A DNA stretch of 64,000 bases from Tubulanus polymorphus (taxonomy: Eukaryota; Animalia; Nemertea), in assembly GCF_964204645.1 (NCBI RefSeq), contig NC_134031.1, positions 15,115,807 through 15,179,806 on the forward strand. The letters are read 5' to 3'. Shown here in pieces: positions 51,801-63,434 of this stretch. The position numbers and the translations under genes are program-made. Position 1 is the stretch's first letter. Each line of letters opens with the position of its first letter. A model generated the notes under the pieces. It saw only the letters and a list, made by a program, of their open reading frames with translations. It was not told the origin of the DNA and did no database searches.

Positions 51801-53412
51801 AATTACACAGTAAACAACAATTTTACCGTTCTTCGCGCGCAGACGTGAAAAACTGCGACAAAAAGAATCGATCGAGTGGCGTTTAAAACAATGAGTCTTA
51901 ACAAATAGCGCGCGACACCCGCACAAACAAATCAACCACTCGAGGTTATTCGGTGCGAAACACCATGTGACATCCAGGATACCGGGAGACAAAACTATGA
52001 ATATTCAGCCGACCCCCTCAATCGGTGGTTAGCCCCCTCCACTTTTCTGGAAAATACAGCTCTCCGATTTTCAAGTGTTTTTTCGACGTACAGGATTAAA
52101 TCCTTCGCGCACCAGGGTCTCCTTGCCGCGGTCTGACCACATGAAAGAAACCCTTCCACGAATCTCGCTCTTTAAAACGGATTATTTTATGATCTTCTAC
52201 TTTTTTGTCGGTGTAGACGTTTTTCCAGGAATCCAGATTTTAGAATCAAAATGGCGTATGAATGTATGATCAATGTTTTCCGCCGCTTGCGGTAAAACCG
52301 GCGGTGTGCGGGTCTGCTCGCCTGCCTGGCCCTGATTCAGACGACATCCCTGGAAGTCTCGTTTTATCTCGCGTGGGGAATACGTGGTTTTATTGTCAGT
52401 TTATGAACAGTTTCCTATCGAGTGAGGACACTTTTTATGAGACCTGAAGGGTTTTTTAATGGCGGCCGCAGAGCTACGCTCTCTCTCCAACGACCCGCTC
52501 ATCTCTATCCCGTATTATTAACTGATCCATCAAATAAATTCTTACTAGTGCAAAAACAACTGAATTTATTTTGCGATCTTTCGTACAACACTAAAAAACA
52601 CATATTCAACATACACAACTGTTTTGACATATTCATCCTTTCAGAAATAGCAAATTTTTGAACGTATTTCGTCAAAAATGTTTAATAACTTTATCATTAT
52701 CATTTTAATTATTGAGATAATTATTATTATTATTAATACAATTCAGATACAATAACGATAGACGAAATGGCTGCTCCTAAATCGATCAAGAAACTCGAAA
52801 AAAAGTCCGGGAACCTCGTTACAGCGAACTTCACGGGACCAGATGTTCGTTATAACCGATAGTTCGTTATATCCAGTATGAAAACTAATTACGTTTTCTT
52901 ACTTGAGACAGAATTCTATTCTACTGCATATGATGTTGCTGGTCAGTATGATATTATGAATTCAGTTATTATAAACGTTGAATTTTGTATTGTAAACCTT
53001 GTTTACGAATAGATATGTGTCTTCCCCTAGAAAAAACGGCCACCTCCCTAGGAAACATTTGCCACGGCTAAATACCGGCGCCACTGTTGAAAAGAGTTAG
53101 GGTTAGAATTTGGTAAAATGAAATGATGTTGCCCGGTCATGATCAACATTCAAAAACTTACGAGCGTCGGTCAATTCAATCGTCGATATATTCGAATTCC
53201 AAATAACTTGATTATTATTCTACAGCGATCAGCACGCTCATAGAAAATTATCCATTTCGAATTTCTTGATGAACGGCCCTATGATTTGGATCGAAACGTG
53301 AAAATCTTCATCGGAACATAAAGACACCGCCCACGAGATGCATCGTGTAGGTTACAAAACAAAAAACTATATTTGCGTATAGAAAATATTTTGTACAATA
53401 TATGATATACAC

Positions 53413-53670
53413 CAGTAGCGGATTTAAGGGGTGGTCTCGCGGGTCCGGGCCCATGCCTTCCCATTGAGACGGCCCTTTAAGTCAAGAGATCGTTAGGAAC
53501 TGTACAAATTCTGACTCATCCTCTCGGAAATGGCAACCTTTCGGATGTGTTTCTTCAAAAATATCTAAAACCAGGGGCGGAACTCCAATAGAGGCCGCTT
53601 TTATCCGAGAATATGAATATTATTTTCTTCTGGACCCCGGTCTTCCAATTTCCCGATAGATCCGCCACTG
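53413..53670. mobile_element. MITE with CAGT(G/A)GCGGAT termini, hAT-like
   Basis: cagtagcggattta ... tagatccgccactg. Confidence 0.6.
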
Positions 53671-53939
53671 ACATGCAGTCCAAGCAAAGCCTGCTGCATG
53701 ACGCCAGCACCTTACAGAAGGAAAATGGCCCAATTAGCGTTAAGTTGAGATATCTGTAGATTTCTCTTTAAAGCTAGACGCCTATAATTAATCGTCGAAG
53801 AGACAGTCCATGAATCTACCACTGGCAGTTGAGGATATTGGTAAAAGTACCGTGGGGTCCCCTAGCGGAATTTCTACCAACTACGTATGTCCCACTAAAT
53901 AATGAATCGAAGTATAGAAATTCCACCCAGGGACCAACA

Positions 53940-54148
53940 ATCATTCAAACCCTCGCGTGCCAGGGTAGGAATCATTGAACGAATCCTCGCTTACCGGGGT
54001 AAGGATGATTGAAACCCTCAATTTCCGGGGTATATCGATACCCTGCTTCACGTTAAGAACAATTGAAACCCTCCCGCATACCGAGGTAAGAATCACCGAA
54101 ACCCTCGCATACCAGGGTAAGAACGATTGAACCCCTCGCATACCAGGC
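53940..54148. repeat. Degenerate ~30-bp tandem repeat
   Basis: Repeated gattgaaaccctcgcataccagggtaagaa. Confidence 0.7.
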
Positions 54149-54751
54149 TAAATTCAGTGAAACTGGTTTCCAACTTGTAAAAGTTCTCAGAATCAATTTT
54201 CTATATATATACCCCACCCTGGTAGAATTCTAAGGCTTAATCTTAACTCAGATGGGAAAATTATTGCTAAAATTATAAAAATCCACGGGCTACAGTACCG
54301 TTTGGTCTGTCTCATCTCTAGCACGACGGGCTCTGTGATATCGACCAAAGACTCACCATTTAAAGTCAACCGATATATATTTAATTGAACTTCCTGGAGT
54401 CTTTTACGAATCTAGTTCTACCGACATCATTTAGATCGCGCTGTTCGTGCTGTTTACTAGACTCTCAGTGGTACATGCGGGACCCGATCCCTCCATCCGG
54501 GAGCGAACCGTTCATTAGCGAAAACAAACACTCCCCCAGTTTAAAAATGTATCAATGCGCAAACGCGAGTTCAACGTTCAACCTGGCGTCGTTCAAAATA
54601 TATCAATTCTAAGAAGTTATACGAATTTATCGGAATTATTGGCAGTCAATAACTACATAGACTCAACGCGAAATCAACCCAAACACCTTTCTCTTGAACA
54701 CGCAAACTAGACTTATTGTAAAACATTCGAAATAGCCCTAAACCGCCTTAA

Positions 54752-55077
54752 AGGCTGGTTTCCAGCTAGCTTTTTCCAACTGCGGTGGCGGTTTCCAGCT
54801 ACCGGTGGCAATTTCCAGCCATGCAATAGCTTTTTTGTCCAGCAGCTGGAAACCGTTCGTAAGAACGCGTGCCGCTGGTATTGAAATTCGGTTGTCCGGG
54901 CGACCATGCACATTCGTGCTTGAATTGTTGCGCGGGGCGTTTTCACGAAAAAGCTGCGGCAAGAAAAAGCTGGCTGGAACCAGCTACGTGAAAATACGTG
55001 CGGCTGAAGTCGTTTTCACGTAGCTGGAAAAGGCCGCAGGAAAAAGCTAGCTGGAAAACGCTCGTGAAAACCAGCCT
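54752..55077. mobile_element. MITE flanked by TTAA (Kolobok- or Harbinger-like)
   Basis: TTAA|AGGCTGGTTT ... AAACCAGCCT|TTAA, with many internal ccagc/gctgg repeats. Confidence 0.75.
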
Positions 55078-55224
55078 TTAACGTTCAAACCTAAATTCTG
55101 GCCCGGTACCCGCCACCCCGCACCACGAATTTTGACCATCAAGTGCTGCCCCGTGCTTTACGCGCGTGCCACAGTAGGATTATTGAAGTGTAATCAATTT
55201 TGACCGTTACGTGCTGCCCCTTAA

Positions 55225-55461
55225 GGTGGCTGATTCGGGTCGTACTAAAAATGTTTCTGTACGCCTAAAGCAACGATAAAAAAAATTTCACATTGGCCCG
55301 TTTTTTGGTTTTCTCGCGCGAGAATTCAAAAAGAATTCAAAACTTTGGTTTTTCTCGCGCGAGAATTCAAAACATTTTGGTTTTCGGGCCAATTTGAAAA
55401 TTTGTTTATCGTTGCTGTAGCCGTACAGAAAAATCTTTTAGTATGGCCCGAATCAGCCACC
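55225..55461. mobile_element. Foldback MITE with ~75-bp inverted arms
   Basis: ggtggctgattcgggtcgtactaaaa ... ttttagtatggcccgaatcagccacc; two central copies of palindrome ttctcgcgcgagaa. Confidence 0.8.
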
Positions 55462-56841
55462 ATAGCCCCTAAATACATCATTGGCGACGAATATATGAAC
55501 TAATAAATAAATTGATTACTAGAGGTTGGACCGGACTTGCAGATTCGTTCATTCGTTCGTTCGTTCGTTGGAAATGGCATCCTGCATAGGCTTATTTTTC
55601 AAAATTTACCTGGAAAATGGCAACCAGGTCCGTTTTCGCTACTCTGTGCATATCTCGTACTCTTTTTCATGATCAATGCACTTCGGGTGCTTCCCCTCAA
55701 TACGAACTCTGAATCCCCCGAGATCTCCTTCGTTCGGATGCACCATGGACGATACCTAGGCGTGGACATCGACTATTCCACTGACACCAGATGTGGAGTT
55801 CGACGTACCAACTGTACCCCGATCCTCATTTGAGCTGCACCGTCGATGTCATACAATTACACTTCAGATACCAGGACCATCTGGATAATTGCGTTTCGAA
55901 ATGTGTTTCCTTTTAATAAAGGCAACACGCGGGACAATCAACTTAGAGTACTTTCACCCCAACATCTACCCGAGAGAAAACTACAATAAACTTTCGGAAT
56001 ATTTATACGTGGAAAACCTCAGAAAAAAATGTAAAACTGGACAAAATGATCTTCAACCGTGCGATATAGTTACTTCTAAATTATCGATGTATTATATTAA
56101 ACAGCCGACAAAATTAGCCCCAATTAGCCGCTAGTCGGTTCTGGCTGGTTAGAAGACTGTCGGAATGACCCATTTCGATTTAATCAGAAAATTCTGTAAA
56201 TTCGACCGCCGATCACGCAACTGTATCCATACTTCGATTTCCGATTTCAAAATCAAACCTCCTGTTTCGCTCCCGCGAGGTGTGGTGGGTCTGTGAGGGA
56301 CACCAAATGAAAAAAAAACACAAAAGAAATCTACAAATTGAAATGACAGGGTCAATCCCTATTTTAAGAACAAAGAGTGTCCAGAACCATTACAATCTCC
56401 ACACCTCTGCAATAAGTTATCAAAACACAAACCCCAAAATTAGAGACACTGCTTTACAGGCCCTAGTGTTCGCCCGTAGCTCGAGTATGCCTATGCTGAG
56501 CAGCAGAGCAGGAGATAAGGGTCCCGTGCAGTAGCCCTACTGCATGGGAGCCGAACCCTTTCCTGAAGTGCTATGAACTAGTGCCGAGCTATAGAATTTT
56601 AATAAGATGGCAAGCCTGTGTCCAAATTTAATTTTTGATGAAATCTGCGCGACTCCTAGCAACATGAAGGAGAAACATCGAGGAGGATAAACAGGCTCGA
56701 ATAACCCTCACAGATCCTTCGAATGGTCGGATAGCTCATAACTACGCCGCGCCCGGGATGGATGGCTCTGGATCGGAGCTGTCCGGGAATAGTACTGAAG
56801 CGACGTTAGAGGGCAGCACCAGCTTGAGATTTTCATTTGTT

Positions 56842-56914
56842 GTTGTCATTAGCAACGTTGTAGCACTTCCGTGTGTTATAGACACAGTTTTAGACTCGAA
56901 CTTCAAACGAGCAG
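56842..56914 (+). promoter_or_regulatory. CCDC63/ODAD1 promoter X-box and putative non-coding exon 1
   Basis: GTTGTCATTAGCAAC at 56842-56856; donor CAG|GTAAAT at 56914/56915; the first coding exon starts at an acceptor. Confidence 0.6.
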
Positions 56915-57049
56915 GTAAATTGAACTCTGTATTTGAATTCTGGTGATAATGACATTTAAATCTCGTTGCCCCAGGTCCCGGGCTAGGGGTGCTGGTGAGG
57001 CCGGGGCCGTTTGTTTCTGTGAAATCCCTCCTGTGGCGTGTGTATTTTC

Positions 57050-57180
57050 CACAGCACAGGGGCTTGTCACAATTTGATAATGAATGGATGATACACCAGT
57101 ATCCCTGTATAAAAAAGATCTTTTTTATACAGGGATACTGGTATCATCCATTCATTATCAAATTGTGACAAGCCCCTCTG
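57050..57180. mobile_element. Palindromic mini-element, P-superfamily-like, 8-bp TSD
   Basis: Near-perfect palindrome 57058-57177 centred on AGATCT; ends CACAG / CTCTG; GTATTTTC at 57042-49 and 57181-88. Confidence 0.8.
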
Positions 57181-57213
57181 GTATTTTCTGATAATTTTTT
57201 CAGTCCATCCAAT

Positions 57214-57831
57214 CACAGGCACAGAATATGGGCTTTTTTTATAATGGATAAATATTTGATAATTTACCAGCGATACGTTAATCCTACTTTGATAGATCCG
57301 CCATGTTTTATAATAAATCTACCCATGATGCAACGTGCGCCCGTCGTTTAGCTATACTATACAGAAAGGCTGGAAACGATCCTATCTCTGTAATGCTTAA
57401 ATCTACCCGCAGTTATCGGGACAGCCGAACACTGCCGATGATTGCCGAAGTACGTCCTTAGTGTCAATTTTTAATCCTGAAATATAAGGAGCGCCCATAA
57501 TTTCAATTGTAGGTGATTTTTTTGGAAACATTGACACTGTTTTAGCTCCATTAAAGATTTAAAATGGCAACAAAATTGATTTTTGAAAATTCACGATGCC
57601 TCTTCGGGATTGCTGTGACGTCATCTGTCCCGATAATTGCGGGTAGATTTAAGCATTACGGAGATAGGATCGTTTCCAGCCTTTCTGTATAGTATAGTTA
57701 AACGACGGGCGCGCATTGCATCATGGGTAAAATATTATAAAACATGGCGGATTATCGAAGTAGGAACAACGTATCGCTGGTAAATTATCAAATATTTATC
57801 CATTATCAAATCCCATATTCAAGTGCCTGTG
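57214..57831. mobile_element. Long-TIR MITE, P-superfamily-like, 7-bp TSD
   Basis: ~210-bp inverted arms (57214-57424, 57625-57831); ends CACAGGC / GCCTGTG; ATCCAAT at 57207-13 and 57832-38. Confidence 0.85.
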
Positions 57832-58105
57832 ATCCAATTCAAACATTACCAATGCAATCAAACAAAAAAAGTCAGTTATTACTTATTGACATTATTTAGA
57901 GGGGCGCTATTGCATTTTCGTACCCCCTCCCAAAATTTTTTATTTCTGTATATTATTAATCAGGGAGGTCTGTAGAGTCAAAATGAATTACTTTTGACAA
58001 AAAAAAAATCGTTGATCTTTTGTTAAGCAGCCAGTAGAGTAGTTGTAATGTTGATTTGTAACTGTCAGTGATCTCTGTAACCCCAGCAGGTGACGACAGA
58101 CCACG

Positions 58106-58269
58106 ATGCCGCGTATAAACTCAGCTCGTTCAGACACAAGCGATGCCGACGCTGAAGGTATTGCCGAAAAGGAGCAGGAACTCGCTAAACTCAGACGGCA
58201 ATATCGGATAATGCAAGAACAGAGAGAGGCTTACACGGAGGAATCACAAAACCTTATACGCAAACAGAG
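58106..58269 (+). CDS. CCDC63: CCDC63/CCDC114 (ODAD1)-family outer dynein arm docking protein, coding exon 1
   Basis: MPRINSARSD..ELAKLRRQYRIMQEQREAYTEESQNLIRKQR; cagcag acceptor at 58084-89; phase-2 donor AG|GTTAGT. Confidence 0.88.
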
Positions 58270-58705
58270 GTTAGTTCAACAGCCAACAGGGGGCGTGACA
58301 TATACGCGCTTATTTTGGAGCTCGGGTTCGACGAATTCCATGAGAAACTTTTCTTCGTGGTTCCCACAAAAATTGCAAAAGACTTTTGGGAATTTTGAAA
58401 TAATAATTCCTTGGAATTGGGAATTTGAAAAATTATCCTCAAATCAGGGAAATATTTGGGAATTTACATTTCACGTTGCATTGCATTTGCCAAGGGCAAC
58501 TTTCTTCAGCGATTTCCTTTGAAAATCACCTTTTATCAACCATTCACCACTAAAATGTTGACTGGTGTGTGTTCATTTCCATTTGGGAAAATGAAAGAAA
58601 TCACCCATGAAATACATGAAAAACCTGGGAATTTGTAATTCATATAACTGTGGGAACCATATGTTTCTAACCTCAGTCTCTGAACCCTGAATGATTTGTT
58701 TTTAG

Positions 58706-58836
58706 ATCGGAATTGGAACAACTAGAAAGTGAGAAGAGTGAATTATTGGTGAATTTGAGATTAGCAGAAAGTCGCAGCAATCAACAAAAAGATGTGAAAC
58801 ATTGCGACGATTTAGTTGAATTATCTGAGGAGAAAG
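58706..58836 (+). CDS. CCDC63: CCDC63/ODAD1-like coding exon 2
   Basis: tttag|A SELEQLESEKSELLVNLRLAESRSNQQKD..SEEK G|GTGCG; phases 2 to 1 are consistent; absent from the ORF track. Confidence 0.85.
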
Positions 58837-58867
58837 GTGCGAGAATTAGAATTTAGGTTTAGATGCA

Positions 58868-59385
58868 ATTGTTGTTGAGATAGTGTGTAGTTAACTGATC
58901 TATTGTTGTTGAGATAGTGTGTAGTTAACTGATCTATTGCTGTTGATATAGTGTGTAGTTAACTGATCTATTGCTATTGAAATAGTGTGTAGTTAACTGA
59001 TCTATTGTTGTTGAGATAGTGTGTAGTTAACTGATCTATTATTGCTGTTTGATATAGTGTGTAGTTAACTGATCTACTGCTGTTGAGATAGTGTGTAGTT
59101 AACTGATCTATTGTTGTTCCGATAGTTTGTAGTTAACTGATCTATTGTTGTTGCGATAGTGTGTAGTTAAGTGATCTATTATTGTTGAGATAGTGTGTAG
59201 TTAACTGAACTATTGTTGTTGAGATAGTGTGTAGTTAACTGATCTATTGTTGTTGAGATAGCGTGTAGTTAACTGATCTATTGTTGTTGAGATAGCGTGT
59301 AGTTAACTGAACTATTGCTGTTGAGATAGTGTGTAGTTAACTGATCTATTGTTGTTGAGATAGTGTGTAGTTAACTGATCTATCG
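58868..59385. repeat. 34-bp minisatellite, about 15 copies, filling an intron
   Basis: Unit tattgttgttgagatagtgtgtagttaactgatc. Confidence 0.95.
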
Positions 59386-59402
59386 TTGATTGATTGTTTC
59401 AG

Positions 59403-59584
59403 ATCAAAAGGATCAAGAAATAGAAGACGAAAAACAGAATCACATTGAACTGGATACAGAAATTAGAAAATGGGAAAGAAAAATCCGTGATCAGCACAAA
59501 AATATGGGGGGAGTTAATATGAGCAGGCAGCATACGATACAAACACAGAAAAAGATCAGAGTTCTAGAAAATAGACTTCATGGG
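59403..59584 (+). CDS. CCDC63: CCDC63/ODAD1-like coding exon 3
   Basis: DQKDQEIEDEK..KNMGGVN..KKIRVLENRLHG|GTAAGC; MGGVN and LENRL are family motifs. Confidence 0.9.
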
Positions 59585-59977
59585 GTAAGCGTCAGAGAGA
59601 GGGGAAAAGGGGAGAGGACGTGAGAGAGGGGAGGAAGGGTGAGTGAAAGTGTCAGAGAGACGGGTGCGAGGAGGGGTGAGGGAGAGTGTCAGAGAAAGTG
59701 CGCGAGGAGCGGTGAGGGAGAGTGTCAGAGCAGTGTGTGCGAGGGAGAGTGTCAGAGGGGTGTGAGGGTGAGGGAGAGTGTCAGAAAGAGGAATGTGAGG
59801 TAGAGGGGGAGGGGTGAGGAGAGAGAGGGGTGAGAAAATTAGTAGTATTCATTTACATTATTACATAATTGATATTACATAATATACACTGAAATAATGT
59901 AACAAGAAAATGTGGGCTACACGGAGAGGTCACGAGGATCGGTTAAATGTTAAATGTTGTGATGATATATATTACAG

Positions 59978-60159
59978 GCGATGAAAGAGTTCAATAATAC
60001 ATTAACTCAGAATGGTAATTTACGAGAAGAAATCGATAGTTTGAGAGTCGAACGAAAACGATACGAAAATCTCTACCGTAAACTCGATAAAGAAATCCAA
60101 CAACTTCGACTGGAAATAGGAGAAGTTATTGATAACTCAACGACAGCTTACGATTCCAG
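59978..60159 (+). CDS. CCDC63: CCDC63/ODAD1-like coding exon 4
   Basis: acag|AMKEFNNTLTQNGNLREEIDSLRVER..STTAYDS AG|GTATTT. Confidence 0.9.
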
Positions 60160-60467
60160 GTATTTATTCCAGCAACAGTTGTGGACTTAGTTCAATAGTA
60201 GTGGATCCAGTTACAGTTGTGGACTCGATTGAACAATTTTGGACTCGGTTGAACAGTTTTGGATCCGGTTGAACAGTTGTGGATCCAGTTCCACAGTGCT
60301 GAATTCAGTTCCACAGTTGTCAGTTTAAGTTTCAACTGACTTAAGAATTGAAATCAATGTTTACAGCTTCAGATTTAAACAAGGCTGTGGAACTGGATGA
60401 GCCTATGAAATTACCTATTTTTTTCTGAAAGAGATCCTGTAAATATTATGATATTTCTCTCTTTCAG

Positions 60468-60655
60468 AGACGAGGCACAGGCTAAAATGATGTTACTGAA
60501 AGAAAAAGCTGATAAAGACATTCAACAGCACAACGCTGAAATGAAAGAGTTGATCAGAATTATCGAACACGATAAAAAACTGAAAGAATTCATGGGAGTG
60601 AAAGGACAAGAGAGGCCCGAGGATCCACAACTTACAGCTCATAAACAGAAAAAAG
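60468..60655 (+). CDS. CCDC63: CCDC63/ODAD1-like coding exon 5
   Basis: tttcag|A DEAQAKMMLLKEKADKD..ELIRIIEHDKKLKEFMGVKGQER..QKK G|GTTTG. Confidence 0.9.
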
Positions 60656-60732
60656 GTTTGTCCGCGAATAACATAATACAGTAGACGACTGTACGCTTGC
60701 CTTGGATCAGGGTGATCGTGTGAATAGGAGTA

Positions 60733-61231
60733 CAGTGGGACCTCGTTACAGCGAACTTCACGCGACCAAAAAATATGTTTATTATAACCGATAGTTTGTT
60801 ATGATGATGATAATAAGAAAATGTAATCTATATACAGCGCAGGTATCCTGAACGGAGTCCAGTTCAAATACACTCCAAATTCTGTATTATTACCCCCAGC
60901 CTATAACTCTAACCATGTATCAGTCATCTCTACCTGGAGAGAGTTGTAACATCCGAGCTAGGCGCTCAGGAGTCATCTATCAGGCCGGGTACCCATTTAC
61001 TCCTGGGTGGAGAGAGGCAATGAGCATGAGCGTCTTGCCCGAGGACACTATGGCAATGTACGGGGTTCGAACCCACGACCTGGCTATCCAGAGTTGAACG
61101 CTCTAATCATTCACCCACACCGCTCGCTCAAATATCCAGTATGAAATCAATCAAGTGTTACTCGGGAAAAAATTCTATATTTGTTATATCCGATGAATCT
61201 TTGTATCCGAGTTCGTTATAACGAGGTTCCG
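60733..61231. mobile_element. Tc1/mariner-type MITE interrupted by a SINE
   Basis: TA|cagtgggacctcgttacagcgaac ... gttcgttataacgaggttccg; related partial copy at about 52808-52920. Confidence 0.65.
60801..61127 (-). mobile_element. tRNA-derived SINE with CORE-like central domain
   Basis: Minus strand: A-box-like tgggtgaatgattag, B box GGTTCGAACCC, then gtgtcctcgggcaagac..ctctccacccaggagtaaatgggtacc, and a (TTA/TCA)n tail. Confidence 0.8.
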
Positions 61232-61356
61232 TTAAAATTTTGTCACCACACACGGGCCTGAGGCAAGCTGGGAGCGTACCGTTCGATATTGGGTGAACGC
61301 CTCGTGATCCCGTCGAGATAAAAAAGATTTCGTTTTTTTTTCGCGTAAATTTTCAG

Positions 61357-61568
61357 CTCGCGAAGCCGAGAAAAAGAAAGAAAGCGCCGAAGATTCGGTT
61401 GAAACTTACGAGACGGCGATCGAGAAAATGATCGATATCACGGGCGAAGAAGATTTAGATCAGTTAGTGACGAAATTCATCGAAACCGAAGATCAGAATT
61501 TCGCTCTGTTTAACTACGTGAACGAATTGAACAACGAAACTGAAATGTTACAAGAGCAAATACAAGAG
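61357..61568 (+). CDS. CCDC63: CCDC63/ODAD1-like coding exon 6
   Basis: tttcag|CT REAEKKKE..ITGEEDLDQLVTKFIETEDQNFALFNYVNELNNE..IQE|GTGAG; NFALFNYVNE is the family signature. Confidence 0.93.
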
Positions 61569-61589
61569 GTGAGATTTTGTCGGCCGTGG

Positions 61590-61815
61590 AATTCTGGAAA
61601 ACAGAAATGTTGGCCGAAAATGCTGGACAGACATTCCAAGAATTCTGCAGGTGGCGGGGGTACTCATCAAGCAGACAACAGAAAATTCTGGGAAATAGAA
61701 ATGCTGGCGGAAAATTCTGGACAGAAATTCCAAGAATTCTGCAGGGGGCGGGGGTACCCATCAAGCAGACAACAGAAAATTCTGGAAAACAGTAATGTTG
61801 GCAGAAAATTCTGGT
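61590..61815. repeat. ~94-bp tandem duplication, about 2.5 copies
   Basis: aattctggaaaacagaaatg...catcaagcagacaacagaa repeated. Confidence 0.8.
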
Positions 61816-62051
61816 AGGAGTTTCTGGAAATATTTCTAGAATTCTGTTAAGTGTGACAATTCTGTACATATTTTGGTCAGTTACCTAATCGTTGGTGGTA
61901 AGCTTTTTTGGATGGGTTTATACCAATTGTGAAAATATCCGATCGTGAACTTAAACCAGACTGGCTACACGTACCGGTTTCTTTGCAGCCTGGTCTCGCT
62001 GTGCTGTGTATCAAAATTAATATGACTTTGAATAATTTGTGATATTTGTAG

Positions 62052-62220
62052 ATTCAAGAGGAGATCAGTAAATTCAAACAGCAAGGAGCCGATATGGAGG
62101 AGGAACGTAAACGAATATTGAAAAAACTATCGGAAAAACAAGAGAAATCTTCGAAAGAAGCCGATGAGCACGACAGCCGGTTTACCGCTATTAGTAAAAT
62201 ATTAGATCAACTCAGAGCAG
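62052..62220 (+). CDS. CCDC63: CCDC63/ODAD1-like coding exon 7
   Basis: tgtag|IQEEISKFKQQG..SKILDQLRA G|GTACC; phases 0 to 1. Confidence 0.88.
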
Positions 62221-62229
62221 GTACCTAAA

Positions 62230-63100
62230 CAACCCCTCACTCCCTCCTACCCTCACTCCCTCCTTGCCCTCACCCTCTCCTACCCCCACCCTCTTCTACC
62301 CCTCACTTCTAACCCTCACCCCTTTCTACCTCCTACCCCTCCCTATTACCCTCCACCCTCTCCTACCTCGCACTCCCTCCTATCCACCCTCTTCTACCCC
62401 TCAGTTCTAACCCTCACCCTCTCATAACCCCTCTCTAACTCCTACCCCTCACTCCCTATAACCCCTCACCCTCTCATAACCCCTCTCTAACTCCTACCCC
62501 TCACTCCCTATAACCCCTGACCCTCTCATAACCCCTCTCTTACTCCTACCCCTCACTCCCTATAACCCCTCACCCTCTCATAACCCCTCTCTAACTCCTA
62601 CCCCTCACTCCCTATAACCCCTCACCCTCTCATAACCCCTCTCTTACTCCTACCCCTCACTCCCTATAACCCTCACCTCTCATAACCCCTCTCTTACTCC
62701 TACCCCTCACTCCCTATAACCCCTCTCTTACTCCTACCCCTCACTCCCTATAACTCCTCACCCTCTCATAACCCCTCTCTTACTCCTACCCCTCACTCCC
62801 TATAACCCCTCTCTTACTCCTACCCCTCACTCCCTATAACTCCTCACCCTCTCATAACCCCTCTCTTACTCCTACCCCTCACTCCCTATAACCCCTCACC
62901 CTCTCATAACCCCTCTCTTACTCCTACCCCTCACTCCCTATAACCCCTCACTCTCTCCTACCCTACACCTTCACTCTACCCTTCACTTCTACCCCTCACT
63001 TCTCACCCTCTCATAACCAATCACCCTCTCATCACCAATCATCCCCACCTACCCTACACCCTCACTCTACCGCTCACCCTCTCCTACCCCTCACTCCTCC
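62230..63100. repeat. C-rich minisatellite (~55-bp unit)
   Basis: Repeated cccctcactccctataacccctcaccctctcataacccctctcttactccta. Confidence 0.9.
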
Positions 63101-63180
63101 AAACTCAATCAGATTTCCAAATCATCCATTCAAGTTTCACCCACAGATAAATGACATTATTGTTGTTGTTATCATTTTAG

Positions 63181-63344
63181 GAGTTGAATCATTGTTTAAT
63201 AAGATCAGTTGTAACCGCGCTGCTATTGACGAGATGCTCGGCGCTCATCAGGGGGTCACCGATCAAACTCTCATGGAATATCTCGGAATCATTGAACAGA
63301 GAACGAATGAATTATTAGCGATACAAGCCTACATCAATTATAAG
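63181..63344 (+). CDS. CCDC63: CCDC63/ODAD1-like coding exon 8
   Basis: ttttag|GA VESLFNKISC..LMEYLGIIEQRTNELL..NYK|GTACG. Confidence 0.9.
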
Positions 63345-63434
63345 GTACGCATTGAATCTTGCCGCGACTCCGCAGAGAGACAGATATAGAGTATAAATAT
63401 GAACTGATGTTGGATTTATGTTTGATAAATGTAG

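Noticed and set aside
58270-58522. C-terminal extension of ORF 58106-58522, and similar read-through tails at 597-677, 27134-27150 and 61569-61817
   Set aside because: Intronic read-through past consensus donor sites.
61040-61127. tRNA gene
   Set aside because: A and B boxes continue into a CORE-like domain and simple-repeat tail; it is a SINE head.
62230-63100. Interstitial telomere
   Set aside because: TAACCC-like words sit inside a longer unit; there is no (CCCTAA)n run.
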